Shown here: positions 1-9,655 of the stretch, in pieces
How positions within the stretch are numbered: position 1 is the stretch's first letter
How the letters are laid out: each line of letters begins with the position of its first letter
From: Candidatus Saccharimonadota bacterium
GTDB taxonomy: Bacteria > Patescibacteriota > Saccharimonadia > Saccharimonadales > JAXHNE01
DNA length: 64,000 nt
Direction of reading: 5' to 3'
Assembly: GCA_034520885.1 (NCBI GenBank)
Contig: JAXHNE010000005.1
Coordinates: 77,748-141,747, forward strand
The notes under the pieces: model-generated
What the model saw: only the letters and a program-made list of their open reading frames with translations
Database searches by the model: none
What the model was told of the DNA's origin: nothing
Program-made: the position numbers and the translations under genes

Positions 1-81
1 CAACTGGTTGGTGACCATTCGGGCGACCGCGTCGGCGGTGCGACCCTTTCGTACGCTGCCAATTACCACTAATGTTTTGAT
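1..81 (-). CDS. NAD(P)H-dependent FMN reductase-like flavoprotein, N-terminal fragment running off the left edge
   Basis: Reverse translation reads IKTLVVIGSVRKGRTADAVARMVTNQL. AGGAGG lies at 87-92. The start codon is unclear (ATC at 79-81). Confidence 0.4.
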   Translation of the reverse strand, partial: MKTLVVIGSVRKGRTADAVARMVTNQL

Positions 82-98
82 AAAAACCTCCTTTGTTT

Positions 99-404
99 TT
101 ATAGTTTGTTTACGTCAATTCCCGCGCGGAGCAGGGCATCACGATTAAGGCGGTAGTAGCGTTCCTTACCGCGCTTGGTACTAGTGAGAACGCCGGCTTC
201 TACTAACCGTTTAAAATGATGGCTTTTGGCCGGCTGGCTCAACTCCGAGCAGCTCCCGGCCTCCGAACAACTTACCTCACAGCCTTTTTCCGACAGGGAA
301 CGGACGATATCCAGCCTGGTGCTATCGGAAAGAGCCTTTAAAACGGTAATGAGCCGTGCATCGGACATGTGTTCACTATACATCCAAACATTTAAATATG
401 TCAA
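99..404 (-). CDS. ArsR/SmtB-family winged-helix regulator
   Basis: LKALSDSTRLDIVRSL...ELSQPAKSHHFKRLVEAGVL...KRGKERYYRLN is the ArsR HTH pattern. The true start may be the internal Met at 368. Confidence 0.8.
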   Translation of the reverse strand: MTYLNVWMYSEHMSDARLITVLKALSDSTRLDIVRSLSEKGCEVSCSEAGSCSELSQPAKSHHFKRLVEAGVLTSTKRGKERYYRLNRDALLRAGIDVNKL

Positions 405-516
405 TGCAATGATTCATATTTTGGTTTCGTTGGCCGGTAAACCGGTCGTTCGTTAAGTTGGTGATTTGTTAGTCGTAGGTGATTGTCGTATCTGTCGGGA
501 TGCTATACTTGATAGC

Positions 517-1218
517 ATGAAAAAGAGCGTGGAGCGATTGCGAGCCAACCCTGCCCGGCGGGTGGTGGCCGCGTTAGTGATGTCACACGCCGCCAGCGTG
601 TTATTGCTCGCCGCCCGCACCGCGGAAGCCGGCACACCGCGGTATCACTTTTTGCTGTGGAACATGTTTTTGGCAATCGTGCCGTTGGTTTTTAGTCTTT
701 GGCTGAGAAGCCGGCTAAAACACGGTTCTTGGCTGGCCTGGAAAAACCTGGCCATTACCGGTTTGTGGCTGATGTTTCTACCCAACAGTTTTTATTTGGT
801 GACCGATCTGATCCACTTGCACCAAACCTACGAGGTCAACATTTACTACGACATAGTGTTGTTCACCGGCTTTATCGTGAACGGCTTGTTCACCGGATTT
901 ATGAGCCTGTACCTGGTTCACGTGGAGCTCGCCAAGCGAGTTCGCCGGTGGGACGCCCACATGGTTATGGCCGGCGTTTTGCTGCTGGCCAGCTTCGCGA
1001 TTTTTTTGGGCCGCTTTCTACGCTGGAATAGCTGGGACTTATTTTTGCACCCGGCCGGCGTGTTATTTGACGTGAGTAATCAATTTATCGACCCGGCCAG
1101 CCCTAGCGCGTTGGTCACCACGGGCAGCTTTTTCGTGATGCTGACCACGTCCTACGCGGTGGTGTGGACGTTGGCTTCGTACGCCCGTGCTCAACACGCG
1201 CAACGTGACGCATCCTAA
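517..1218 (+). CDS. DUF1361-family integral membrane protein
   Basis: Multi-TM ORF with LLWNMFLAIVPL and FLPNSFYLVTDLIHL blocks. ATG 517 lies 7 nt after TATACT (504-509). The ORF-track start at 466 is upstream of that -10. Confidence 0.7.
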   Translation: MKKSVERLRANPARRVVAALVMSHAASVLLLAARTAEAGTPRYHFLLWNMFLAIVPLVFSLWLRSRLKHGSWLAWKNLAITGLWLMFLPNSFYLVTDLIHLHQTYEVNIYYDIVLFTGFIVNGLFTGFMSLYLVHVELAKRVRRWDAHMVMAGVLLLASFAIFLGRFLRWNSWDLFLHPAGVLFDVSNQFIDPASPSALVTTGSFFVMLTTSYAVVWTLASYARAQHAQRDAS

Positions 1219-1296
1219 GTCGAGCAAAGCTTGGAGGAAAACGGTGCGTGGTCGTATCACGGGAGTTTATTCTGTCCTTCAAAAGTGTGAAGCTGG

Positions 1297-1313
1297 TATA
1301 CTAAGAAGTAATG
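1297..1313 (+). promoter_or_regulatory. -10 TATACT 8 nt before the argS ATG (leaderless-type start)
   Basis: TGgTATACT-aagaagta-ATG. Confidence 0.5.
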
Positions 1314-2984
1314 TACGAGAAACTTATTCACCACATTGTAGCCGACTGCAAAGAATTGTTCAATGCTGACGTTCAGCCTATCGTCTCCCGTCCGGATGAA
1401 CAATTCGGTGATTATGCCTGCAACGTGGCCATGCAACTGGCCAAGGAACTGGGGCAAAATCCACGGGAGATAGCCGCGGCACTCCGTGAAAAGCTACAAG
1501 TGGTTGACGGCGTAAAACACGTTGAAATCGCCGGCCCCGGTTTTATTAATATTTTCGTGGAAGACGAGGTGCTGGTAGGTGACGCGTCCAATATCTCCCC
1601 GTATCAGCATCACGAAGGCAAAGAGGTGTTGGTAGAGTTCGGGAATTTTAACCCGCTAAAAACCGTACACCTCGGCCACTTGTACCAAACGGTCGTCTAC
1701 AGTGCCATTGCCCGGCTGTTTGAGCGCTCCGGCGCGACGGTTCATACGATTAGTTATCACGGCGACGTCGGTATGCACATTGCCAAGGCCATTTGGGCGA
1801 TCGGGGAAGAAGTCGGCTGGAAGCCACAAGATCTGAAAGCCCTTGAAGACGGCGAAGAGTCCGACGTCTCTATGCGGAACATGAAAACTATCTTCGGATC
1901 GTATTACGCCAAGGGCAATGAAGCTTACGATGCCGATTCGTCGGCCGCCGAAAGTATTCGCGAAGTGAACCGCCACATATACGACCGCGACAACCAGGCA
2001 GTCAACGACATTCACGCTTTGTGCGTAAAACGCAGCATGCAGTACTTTGACACCATTTATGACGAACTGGGCGTGAGCTTCGAAAAACACTACATGGAAA
2101 GCGAAACCGCGCCGATCGGTACCGAGGTAGTCAAGAAAAACATCGGGAACGTGTTCGAAGAAAGCGACGGCGCGATCATCTACAAGGGCGAAAAAGACGA
2201 TTTGCATACTCGCGTATTTTTGAATTCCGAAGGGCTGCCCACGTACGAAGCCAAAGATCTCGGGCTAATAGAACTCAAGCGCCGGGACTATCCGGGCGCG
2301 GACAAATCGGTGATCATTACCGGCAATGAACAACAGCAGTACTTCAAAGTAATGTTGGCCGCGCTCAAGCACATTCATCCCGAGGAAGCCGCCAAAACCG
2401 AACACATGACCCACGGGTTATTAAGTTTGACCACCGGAAAAATGAGCAGCCGCACCGGTAATGTGTTCGGCGCCCAAAGTTTAATGGACGCTACCCGCGC
2501 GGCCGTTAGTAAGGCTTTCGTGGATTCCGAAGTGCAACGTGACATCTATCTCGCGGCGCTCAAGTATACGTTTTTAAAAAGCCGGATCGGCGGAGATATC
2601 GTGTTTGACGTGCAGGAATCGGTCAGCCTGGAAGGCAACTCCGGCCCGTATATCCAATACGCCTACGCCCGGGCACGCAGTATTTTGCGCAAAAAAGCCG
2701 CTAGCGAGGACGAGATTACCGGACTGGAAGCCGACGAGCGAAGCCTGGTGCGCAAAATAAGTGAATACGAAGAGGTACTGGAAAAGGCCACCAAAGAGCG
2801 CCTGCCGCATCATATCTGCACGTATTTGTATGAACTGGCGCAAAAATTTAACGCTTTTTACGAGAAAAATCGTGTTTTGGAACACGAACGCGAAGCGCAG
2901 CGCCTAGGGATCGTGCATTTTTACGCCGAGGTTTTAAAAGACGGCCTGGAAACCCTGGGTATTCCCGCGCCGGAAAAGATGTAA
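1311..2984 (+). CDS. argS: arginyl-tRNA synthetase
   Basis: 557 aa. Class I signatures HLGH (HIGH-type) and GKMSSRTG (KMSKS-type), with an ArgRS-like N-terminal domain and C-terminal anticodon-binding region. Confidence 0.93.
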   Translation: MYEKLIHHIVADCKELFNADVQPIVSRPDEQFGDYACNVAMQLAKELGQNPREIAAALREKLQVVDGVKHVEIAGPGFINIFVEDEVLVGDASNISPYQHHEGKEVLVEFGNFNPLKTVHLGHLYQTVVYSAIARLFERSGATVHTISYHGDVGMHIAKAIWAIGEEVGWKPQDLKALEDGEESDVSMRNMKTIFGSYYAKGNEAYDADSSAAESIREVNRHIYDRDNQAVNDIHALCVKRSMQYFDTIYDELGVSFEKHYMESETAPIGTEVVKKNIGNVFEESDGAIIYKGEKDDLHTRVFLNSEGLPTYEAKDLGLIELKRRDYPGADKSVIITGNEQQQYFKVMLAALKHIHPEEAAKTEHMTHGLLSLTTGKMSSRTGNVFGAQSLMDATRAAVSKAFVDSEVQRDIYLAALKYTFLKSRIGGDIVFDVQESVSLEGNSGPYIQYAYARARSILRKKAASEDEITGLEADERSLVRKISEYEEVLEKATKERLPHHICTYLYELAQKFNAFYEKNRVLEHEREAQRLGIVHFYAEVLKDGLETLGIPAPEKM

Positions 2985-3037
2985 CCGGTGTTACCGGCAG
3001 TGTGTTACCGAACGCAAGGGTGTATGCTGGAGGTGCT

Positions 3038-4249
3038 ATGCTAAAAAGTGCTCAAGAACTTGTTCGTAGCGTGGGGCAGTCAATGGGGCTGACTTCACAT
3101 CAACTGGAATATGTGCTCACCCCGCAGGCGACGCATCGTTTTGAAGTGACCTTGAACAATAAAACGTACCCGGCTTTCCGGGTGCAACACAACAATGCCC
3201 GCGGGCCGTTCAAGGGCGGTATTCGGTTTCATTCCCATGTGGAGGCGGACGAAGTGCGCGCGTTGGCGCTACTGATGTCGCTCAAAACCGCGGCGGTAAA
3301 CATTCCGTTCGGCGGCGGGAAGGGCGGCGTGGCAATCGACCCCAAACCACTTTCGGAATCCAAATTGGAAGAGCTTTCCCGGCAGTATGTCCGCGGGGTG
3401 TGGCACCACCTCGGCCCCAAAAAAGACGTGCCCGCGCCGGACGTTAACACCGACGCGCGCATTATTGACTGGATGACGGACGAATACGAAAAACTTTCCG
3501 GGGACACCACCCACGCTAGTTTTACCGGCAAAAGCCTAAAGAACGGCGGCTCGGAAGGCCGCGTGGAAGCCACCGGCCGCGGCGGGGCGATCGTGCTTAG
3601 CGAGCTCCTTGCCCAAAAAAATATCACGGCTCCCGCTTACGCCGTGCAGGGGTTCGGTAACGTCGGCAGCTACTTCGCTTTGAGTATGCGGGAATTTTTA
3701 CCCGACGCCGGGCTGGTTGCCGTAAGTGACAGCCGCGCGACAGTACTGTGTCGTGATGGGTTGGACGCCAAAGAACTCATGGCCTTTAAAGACCAAGGCG
3801 GCTCGTTCAAGGACTTTAAGAAGCCGGGTGTTAGCGTAGAAAGTGCCGAAGCCGTGCTTACGCAACGAGTCGATGTCCTCGCGTTGGCGGCGCTGGGCGG
3901 CGTAGTGACCGAAGAAAACGCCGCCGCACTCAATACGGATTTTATTTTGGAGCTGGCCAACGGCCCGGTTACCGATGATGCCCATGACCGGCTGAGCGAA
4001 GCCGGTACAACGATCATTCCGGACATTCTGGCCAACGCCGGAGGCGTGACGGTCAGTTATTTCGAGTGGCTGCAAAATAGTAAAAACCAGCGGTGGGAGC
4101 TCTCAAAAGTGCGCGAAAATTTGCGGGAATATCTCACCCGGGCCATGGACGATTGCTTGGATACGAGCCAACGGGATGAGTGTTCCCTGAAAGATGCCAC
4201 CGTCAAGCTTGCGATTCAGCGTATACTGGATGCCAAAGGCAAGGAGTAG
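3038..4249 (+). CDS. glutamate dehydrogenase (Glu/Leu/Phe/Val dehydrogenase family)
   Basis: Contains FKGGIRFH, PFGGGKGGV and GFGNVGS (Rossmann). GGAGGTG lies just before ATG 3038. The ORF-track GTG at 3002 is less likely. Confidence 0.9.
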   Translation: MLKSAQELVRSVGQSMGLTSHQLEYVLTPQATHRFEVTLNNKTYPAFRVQHNNARGPFKGGIRFHSHVEADEVRALALLMSLKTAAVNIPFGGGKGGVAIDPKPLSESKLEELSRQYVRGVWHHLGPKKDVPAPDVNTDARIIDWMTDEYEKLSGDTTHASFTGKSLKNGGSEGRVEATGRGGAIVLSELLAQKNITAPAYAVQGFGNVGSYFALSMREFLPDAGLVAVSDSRATVLCRDGLDAKELMAFKDQGGSFKDFKKPGVSVESAEAVLTQRVDVLALAALGGVVTEENAAALNTDFILELANGPVTDDAHDRLSEAGTTIIPDILANAGGVTVSYFEWLQNSKNQRWELSKVRENLREYLTRAMDDCLDTSQRDECSLKDATVKLAIQRILDAKGKE

Positions 4250-4297
4250 ATTATTTCTCGGAAGAAGACTAATTTAAGTGACGAACAAAAACGGGTT

Positions 4298-4648
4298 TTG
4301 TTCGATAAAGGTACTGAAACTCCCGGAACCGGGGAGTACCTTAATCATGACGAAACGGGCGTATATACCTGCGCCAATTGTGAAGCCGAGCTGTTTCGTT
4401 CCTCGGCCAAGTACGAATCGACTATGCCGGGGCTCATTGGTTGGCCCAGTTTTCACCAAGCAGCCAACAATAAGGCCTTGAAGCTGCTACCGGACAATTC
4501 CATGGGAATGAAGCGCACTGAGGTCACGTGTGCCCAGTGCGGCGGCCACCTCGGCCATTTGTTCGAAGGAGACCCGTCAGCACCCAACGGCAAGCATTAC
4601 TGTATTAATTCTGCCAGCCTGGGATTTACTCCGCGGGAAGAAACGTAA
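4298..4648 (+). CDS. msrB: peptide-methionine (R)-S-oxide reductase MsrB
   Basis: CANCEAELF...GWPSF...CAQCGGHLGHLF is the SelR pattern. A conserved-looking LSDEQKRVLF lies in frame upstream of TTG 4298, so the real (non-ATG) start is probably at 4250-4274. Confidence 0.85.
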   Translation: MFDKGTETPGTGEYLNHDETGVYTCANCEAELFRSSAKYESTMPGLIGWPSFHQAANNKALKLLPDNSMGMKRTEVTCAQCGGHLGHLFEGDPSAPNGKHYCINSASLGFTPREET

Positions 4649-5850
4649 TGCATCTTTCCAAAAAACACGTACTGATTGCCTGCGTAAGCGTAGCGGTCGT
4701 TGCCTGCGGTGTTATAGCCGGCACGTATTACCGCGATAACGTAGTTTCAAAATCCCAAGAAGCCGAGCAACGATCCGCGCGGGAACCAACTGTCGAGCCG
4801 CAAAAATCCACCGTCCGTTTGTTGGCGACCGGCGACATGATCGCCCACGATTCCATCAATCAAAACGCCAAACAGGGCGACAAGTATGATTACGCGGCGC
4901 TTATGAGTGACATGAAACCCTACTTCCAAAAGGGCGATATTAACTTTTGTAATCAGGCTACTCCGGCGGGCGGTTCGTCGTTCGGTATTTCCGGATATCC
5001 GATTTTTAACGCGCCGCTCGCGTTTCCCCGCGGTATCGAGGAAGTCGGCTGCAATCTTATAAATATCGGCACCAACCACACCTACGATAAGGGCAAAGAT
5101 TTGGTGGACGCTACCGTCAAAGCCTGGGACGACCGCGACGTGTTGGCCGTGGCCGGAGCCAATCGTAACCAAAGCGAACAAAACCAACCGCGTATTTTCG
5201 AGGTGAATGGGATGACCTTTGCATTCGTTAGCTATACCAACTACACCAACGAACCGATTGCCAACGACTACAGCGTGAATCAGTACTCCAAGGCTTTGGC
5301 CGAGCAACAAATCAACACCGTGCGCGACGAAGCGGATTTGGTTATCGCCAGTATGCGGTGGGGGACGGAGTACGCGGATCGCATAAACGACACGCAGGAG
5401 AAAATCGCCCGGGACTTGGCGAACTTCGGCGCGGACGTTGTTTTGGGGCACGGTACGCACGTGTTGCAGCCGGTCAAAAAACTCACCAGTAATGACGGGC
5501 GTGAAGTATACGTGTGGTACGGCTTGGGGAATTTCCTAAACTCCCAACTGGAAGCCGAGGCCTTAATCGGCGGATTCGCCTCCATGGATATAGACATCGA
5601 GACGGCCAGTATCACCGAAGTCGGTTTTTTGCCGGTGTATCAACACTACGAATGGACGCCCGCGCAAAAAGCGGCGGGTAATTTATTGGCGCGCACTAAC
5701 TTTCGTATGGTTCCGCTGGACGAAGCCGGCGACTTGCTGGCCAAACCCAACGCCCACCTGGATACGAACGTCAAAGCCCAGACCGACCGCGTACGCCAAA
5801 TACTCAACCGCCACACGGACATTCCCATTTTAAAATCTGGGGATTTTTAG
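4648..5850 (+). CDS. CapA/PGA_cap-family protein, membrane anchored
   Basis: Blocks ATGDMIAHDS, NIGTNHTYDKG, LGHGTHVLQP and GLGNF. The ATG overlaps the msrB stop (TAATG). Confidence 0.8.
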   Translation: MHLSKKHVLIACVSVAVVACGVIAGTYYRDNVVSKSQEAEQRSAREPTVEPQKSTVRLLATGDMIAHDSINQNAKQGDKYDYAALMSDMKPYFQKGDINFCNQATPAGGSSFGISGYPIFNAPLAFPRGIEEVGCNLINIGTNHTYDKGKDLVDATVKAWDDRDVLAVAGANRNQSEQNQPRIFEVNGMTFAFVSYTNYTNEPIANDYSVNQYSKALAEQQINTVRDEADLVIASMRWGTEYADRINDTQEKIARDLANFGADVVLGHGTHVLQPVKKLTSNDGREVYVWYGLGNFLNSQLEAEALIGGFASMDIDIETASITEVGFLPVYQHYEWTPAQKAAGNLLARTNFRMVPLDEAGDLLAKPNAHLDTNVKAQTDRVRQILNRHTDIPILKSGDF

Positions 5851-6614
5851 TCGGTTAGCTTAAAGTATTCTTCCAGGGTTTGGTCGCTGGCGTGGACTTT
5901 TCGGGCCAGGTCTTTGCCGATAAAGCGGAAGTGCCAGGGCTCGTATTGGTAACCGGTGATGGCCTCCTTGCCGGGGAGGTAGCGCATAATAAACCCGTAT
6001 TCGTGCGCATGTCCGTCCAGCCACTCTCCCTGAGGCGTATCCTCAAAACAGATTTGTAAATGACAGGTTTGTGACGGACTGGTGGCGTCAAACGACAAGC
6101 CGGTTTGGTGTTCGCTGGTGCCCGGACGGGCGGAGTAACGATCGGCCGTCTCCCGGCCGTCACGCGCAACGTAGCTTTCGTAAAATTGTTTTTGCAGTGC
6201 GTACGATCGATACCCGCTGCCAAATACCAGCTGCACATCGTCGGCTTCGGCGGCCGCGAACATGGCCTTTAGTTGATCGTGAGCCACGCGGCGGAACCGC
6301 ATTTGTTCCGCACTTGGAGCGAGCCGCAAACGAACATCGGGGGTTATTAAATCCTCCGGCACGTAATCGGCGGGCAAGGGCGGCCGGGTTTTATTGACGA
6401 TCACGGTCAAGCTGCTCGGGCTGGAAAGGTCATACGACGGCTCTTCCTCCGGCCGAGGTGTTTGACTTTGTTCGGATCGGGACCGTGAGTCGGTTTGGTT
6501 GTTCGCTTGTTGGTCGTCTTGTTGGGACTCATGGCGTGTGAATACAAAAATAACGCCCGCCAGAATAAAACACGATAGCAAGAACCCGATGCCAAAAATA
6601 CGGCGCTTCATCAC
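5847..6614 (-). CDS. VanY/M15B-family D-alanyl-D-alanine carboxypeptidase, membrane anchored
   Basis: SGYRSYALQ...PGTSEHQTGLSFD...YEPWHFRF zinc-peptidase motifs, with an N-terminal TM segment. Confidence 0.88.
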   Translation of the reverse strand: MMKRRIFGIGFLLSCFILAGVIFVFTRHESQQDDQQANNQTDSRSRSEQSQTPRPEEEPSYDLSSPSSLTVIVNKTRPPLPADYVPEDLITPDVRLRLAPSAEQMRFRRVAHDQLKAMFAAAEADDVQLVFGSGYRSYALQKQFYESYVARDGRETADRYSARPGTSEHQTGLSFDATSPSQTCHLQICFEDTPQGEWLDGHAHEYGFIMRYLPGKEAITGYQYEPWHFRFIGKDLARKVHASDQTLEEYFKLTD

Positions 6615-7513
6615 GGTGATTCCGCAACATCAAGCCGTTCATATAATTGCCCGGCAAGATCGGCCATGGCTCGCGGGCCGACGCCATCGGTCAGAACGCT
6701 CACGACGTAGTGGCGGCCATTCGACAATTCGAGAATGCCGACATCGTGATATTCGTTCGATCCGCGAAATCCGACCTTATTATAAAACGTGCCGCGCTTG
6801 AACCCTTCCGCCAAGGCATCGCGGTAAATTTGATTTTCCAGTGACGCTAACAATTTTTGTTTGTTCGCGGCTGATAATTCCTCTCCGTGCCATATCCGGG
6901 TAAGCATAGTGGCGGCATCCTCCGCGGTGGTAGTGATAGCGGTCATCGAGGTGTCGTTAATGCCGTAACTTTCCAGCTGCGCCGTGGTGTCGGCTTTGCC
7001 CAGTTCGTTCCATAGTTTTTCGGCGCACGGGCTGTCGGATTCGCGGAGCATTTTATCCAAACATTGCCCGAAGGTGTTCCCGCTTTGGTACGGCTCGCTT
7101 GCTTGGTACTCCCCGCGCTGCAAGGCAAGGTAGCCCTCGTAAGCCACGTATAATTTGTACAAACTGGCGGCGAAGTAAACCTCGTCTTCATTATGAGTAC
7201 CGATTACTTCTTCGTTTTCCAGATCGTATACCACAATGGAATACGTGCCGCTTTGTTGTTCGCCCCACGCATCAATTACCGGTTGGGCGTTGAGTAATCG
7301 TGGCGGCTCGGGCTCCGGTTCGGGTTCTTCCTCCGGCGCTTGCCGGGTTTGCTCGGCGGATTGCCGTGGGCTTTCGGCGGTTTCCGGCGCAAAAAGTAAA
7401 TACACCACGAAAAAAATAATGGACAGCGCGATCATTCCTAAACCGATAAGCAATTTATGCGAACGCATATCTGATACTATACTACTACGGTGAGAGCAAA
7501 AAAATATATTCAC
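6611..7513 (-). CDS. class A beta-lactamase-like serine hydrolase, membrane anchored
   Basis: S-x-x-K appears as ASLYK, SDN-like as ESDS, and KTG-like as NKVG. The likely true start is Met 7468, before the TM segment. Confidence 0.6.
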   Translation of the reverse strand: MNIFFCSHRSSIVSDMRSHKLLIGLGMIALSIIFFVVYLLFAPETAESPRQSAEQTRQAPEEEPEPEPEPPRLLNAQPVIDAWGEQQSGTYSIVVYDLENEEVIGTHNEDEVYFAASLYKLYVAYEGYLALQRGEYQASEPYQSGNTFGQCLDKMLRESDSPCAEKLWNELGKADTTAQLESYGINDTSMTAITTTAEDAATMLTRIWHGEELSAANKQKLLASLENQIYRDALAEGFKRGTFYNKVGFRGSNEYHDVGILELSNGRHYVVSVLTDGVGPRAMADLAGQLYERLDVAESP

Positions 7514-8719
7514 GATGTCGGTTCACACCCTGAGCGCCTGAAAGCCGCGTTACTCGGAGTACTGATTTTACTGATTGGCGGCGGGGTGTTTTGGTGGCAA
7601 AACCGGCCTCCCCAAGAAGAAGCTAGTCCTTCCGAGTCGGCCGTGCAGCAACGTACGGAACCGGAAGAATCCACGGTCACCGAATTAAAAGGAAAATATT
7701 TGTTCAGTGGCACCGTAGTACCGGCCCGGGCGGTGGAAAACGAAGCGCGGAGAGCTGACGGCACGGTGGATTACGCACAACCCTTCAGCAAACTCGATAC
7801 CTTTAACCCCGAGCAATACGATGGCTGGCTGATCGACTTTGAATGCCCCATGACCACGGACGACATTCCGTACCGAACCCAGGTGCAAAACACGGTGTTT
7901 AATTGCCCGGACGAGTTCGCTCCGGAAATGGCCGAATATTTCACTCACGCCAACGTGGCCAACAATCATACTCGTGATCAAGGCGATGACGGGTTCACGG
8001 AAACCGTGGAGCATTTGGAGCAAGCCGAAATCCAAACCATCGGCCACTGGGATCCGCGGGAAACGGACGAAATTTGCGAAGTGGTGGAGCTCGGCGTACG
8101 CTTGCAAAAATCCGCTGGCGCGGAAGAGAAGGGAACGCTCCCCATTGCCATGTGCACCTGGCACTACTTTGAAAAGGACGCCACCGACGAAGAGCTGGCC
8201 GTCATGGACGAATACGCCGACATCATGCCGGTGTTCGCGTTCATGCAAGTCGGCACCGAATACCGGGCCGGTCCGGATCAAAAACAGATCGATCTGGCGC
8301 ATCGTTTAGTTGATAATCACGATCCGGAATTTTTAATTCAAAACAGTGCGCATTGGGTGCAAAATACCGAAAGTTATAAAGGCAAACTGGTCGTTTACTC
8401 CACCGGGAACTTCATTTTCGACCAGCTCGACGATGAAACCAACCGCGGGTTAAATATCGAAGCCGAAATGACCGTCCCCTACGATCAAAACGTGCAAGAG
8501 TGGCTGGATCTCGGCAAAACCTGCAAGCCACGCGGTGATAATTGTTTACGAATTGCCCGCGAACTGGGTCTGGAAAAAGTCGATATTTCGCTTAGCTACG
8601 ACGCTATCGGCAGCAGTACCGGCTACCAACGGCTTACCCAAAAAGCCGCTCCGGATTTACAGGCGGCAATCGAACAACGCGCCGATTGGGAAGAAACCAT
8701 CAACGGGCTCAGTAATTAG
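7490..8719 (+). CDS. second CapA/PGA_cap-family protein
   Basis: N-terminal TM segment, plus VANNHTRDQGDDGF and STGNFIFDQ blocks. Same architecture as 4648-5850. Confidence 0.65.
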   Translation: MRAKKYIHDVGSHPERLKAALLGVLILLIGGGVFWWQNRPPQEEASPSESAVQQRTEPEESTVTELKGKYLFSGTVVPARAVENEARRADGTVDYAQPFSKLDTFNPEQYDGWLIDFECPMTTDDIPYRTQVQNTVFNCPDEFAPEMAEYFTHANVANNHTRDQGDDGFTETVEHLEQAEIQTIGHWDPRETDEICEVVELGVRLQKSAGAEEKGTLPIAMCTWHYFEKDATDEELAVMDEYADIMPVFAFMQVGTEYRAGPDQKQIDLAHRLVDNHDPEFLIQNSAHWVQNTESYKGKLVVYSTGNFIFDQLDDETNRGLNIEAEMTVPYDQNVQEWLDLGKTCKPRGDNCLRIARELGLEKVDISLSYDAIGSSTGYQRLTQKAAPDLQAAIEQRADWEETINGLSN

Positions 8720-9045
8720 TTAACGGTTTGCGGAGTACGTGTTTGACGGGGAGATTCCTCAACCACTAACGCACCGATGCTTATGGCGAAATTTTCAGCA
8801 ATTGAATCAAAGTCACTTCCTTCGATGAAACAATCGTCCATATAGCCGATTTCGGTGCGGGGGTCGGTGCCATCCTCTTCTGTGACCAAACGAGCGACAT
8901 ATGGCGCCCGGTCGACAACACCTTTAATAAAATGATGCGGTAAATCTTTGCATTGCTCCATGTGCAGCGGCGGTCGCACCTCCATGGTGTACCAACCACC
9001 TCTTTTGATCTTTTTGATTTCTTGTTGGTTTGTCTCCACTTCCAT
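8716..9045 (-). CDS. hypothetical protein
   Basis: 109-aa ORF with no recognisable motif. Confidence 0.45.
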   Translation of the reverse strand: MEVETNQQEIKKIKRGGWYTMEVRPPLHMEQCKDLPHHFIKGVVDRAPYVARLVTEEDGTDPRTEIGYMDDCFIEGSDFDSIAENFAISIGALVVEESPRQTRTPQTVN

Positions 9046-9215
9046 GTATGCACTATGCTCCCTCTAAAAGCGTTTTGCAACCCCGATTAGAGGTTAGTAG
9101 TTAGAGGTTCTAAGCTCTAACTGACCAGCTTTACCCTCAGCTACTTTTTGCATGGGTCAAAAAGTACCCCAAAGTATGTTTTTTCGGAGCAAAGCTTCGC
9201 TTTTGCTTTCCCGAC

Positions 9216-9433
9216 TATCTTTTTGGTTCGGCAAAGAGATAACAAGAAGCCGACAGGCGGCTCCTAAATCGTGACTGGCCGCCACCTCAGGCAAGCAGCG
9301 TGTCCTTTGCGGGAACGACCCTAAAGGGCTCGGCCTTGGCTGCTTTATCTAAAGCAGGCAGCCAAAACTGTCCTCGGACAACGATTCGCTGCTTGCCCGG
9401 GCGTCGCCCAATCAGTTTGAGGAGAGCCTGGAA
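9216..9433 (+). ncRNA. unclassified structured RNA, copy A
   Basis: Shares identical cores with copy B. Four helices differ between the copies by fully compensatory changes (for example 9291-9300 pairs with 9387-9396). No ORF. Confidence 0.65.
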
Positions 9434-9439
9434 CCCCTC

Positions 9440-9650
9440 GCCACCTACTTTTTGCTTATTACTTTCCCCATCTTCCATCTTCTATTTTCCAGCCGCTGCA
9501 TTCAATCCCCATTCCCCAATCTTCCATCTGTCATAACTATCACCTATCATCTATTAATCCTCATCTATCATCTATTGCGACGAAGTCGCTTGCCATCTTC
9601 CAACTACCATCTTCCACCTTCCAGAAACCCCCTAGCCCCTAAACTCTACT
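9440..9650 (-). repeat. inverted copy of the rpoD-type tract (C-poor strand = minus)
   Basis: The reverse complement matches 16860-17045 (GGAAGATGGCAAGCGAC..GTCGCAAT.GATGATAG). Confidence 0.8.
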
Positions 9651-9655
9651 CCCTG

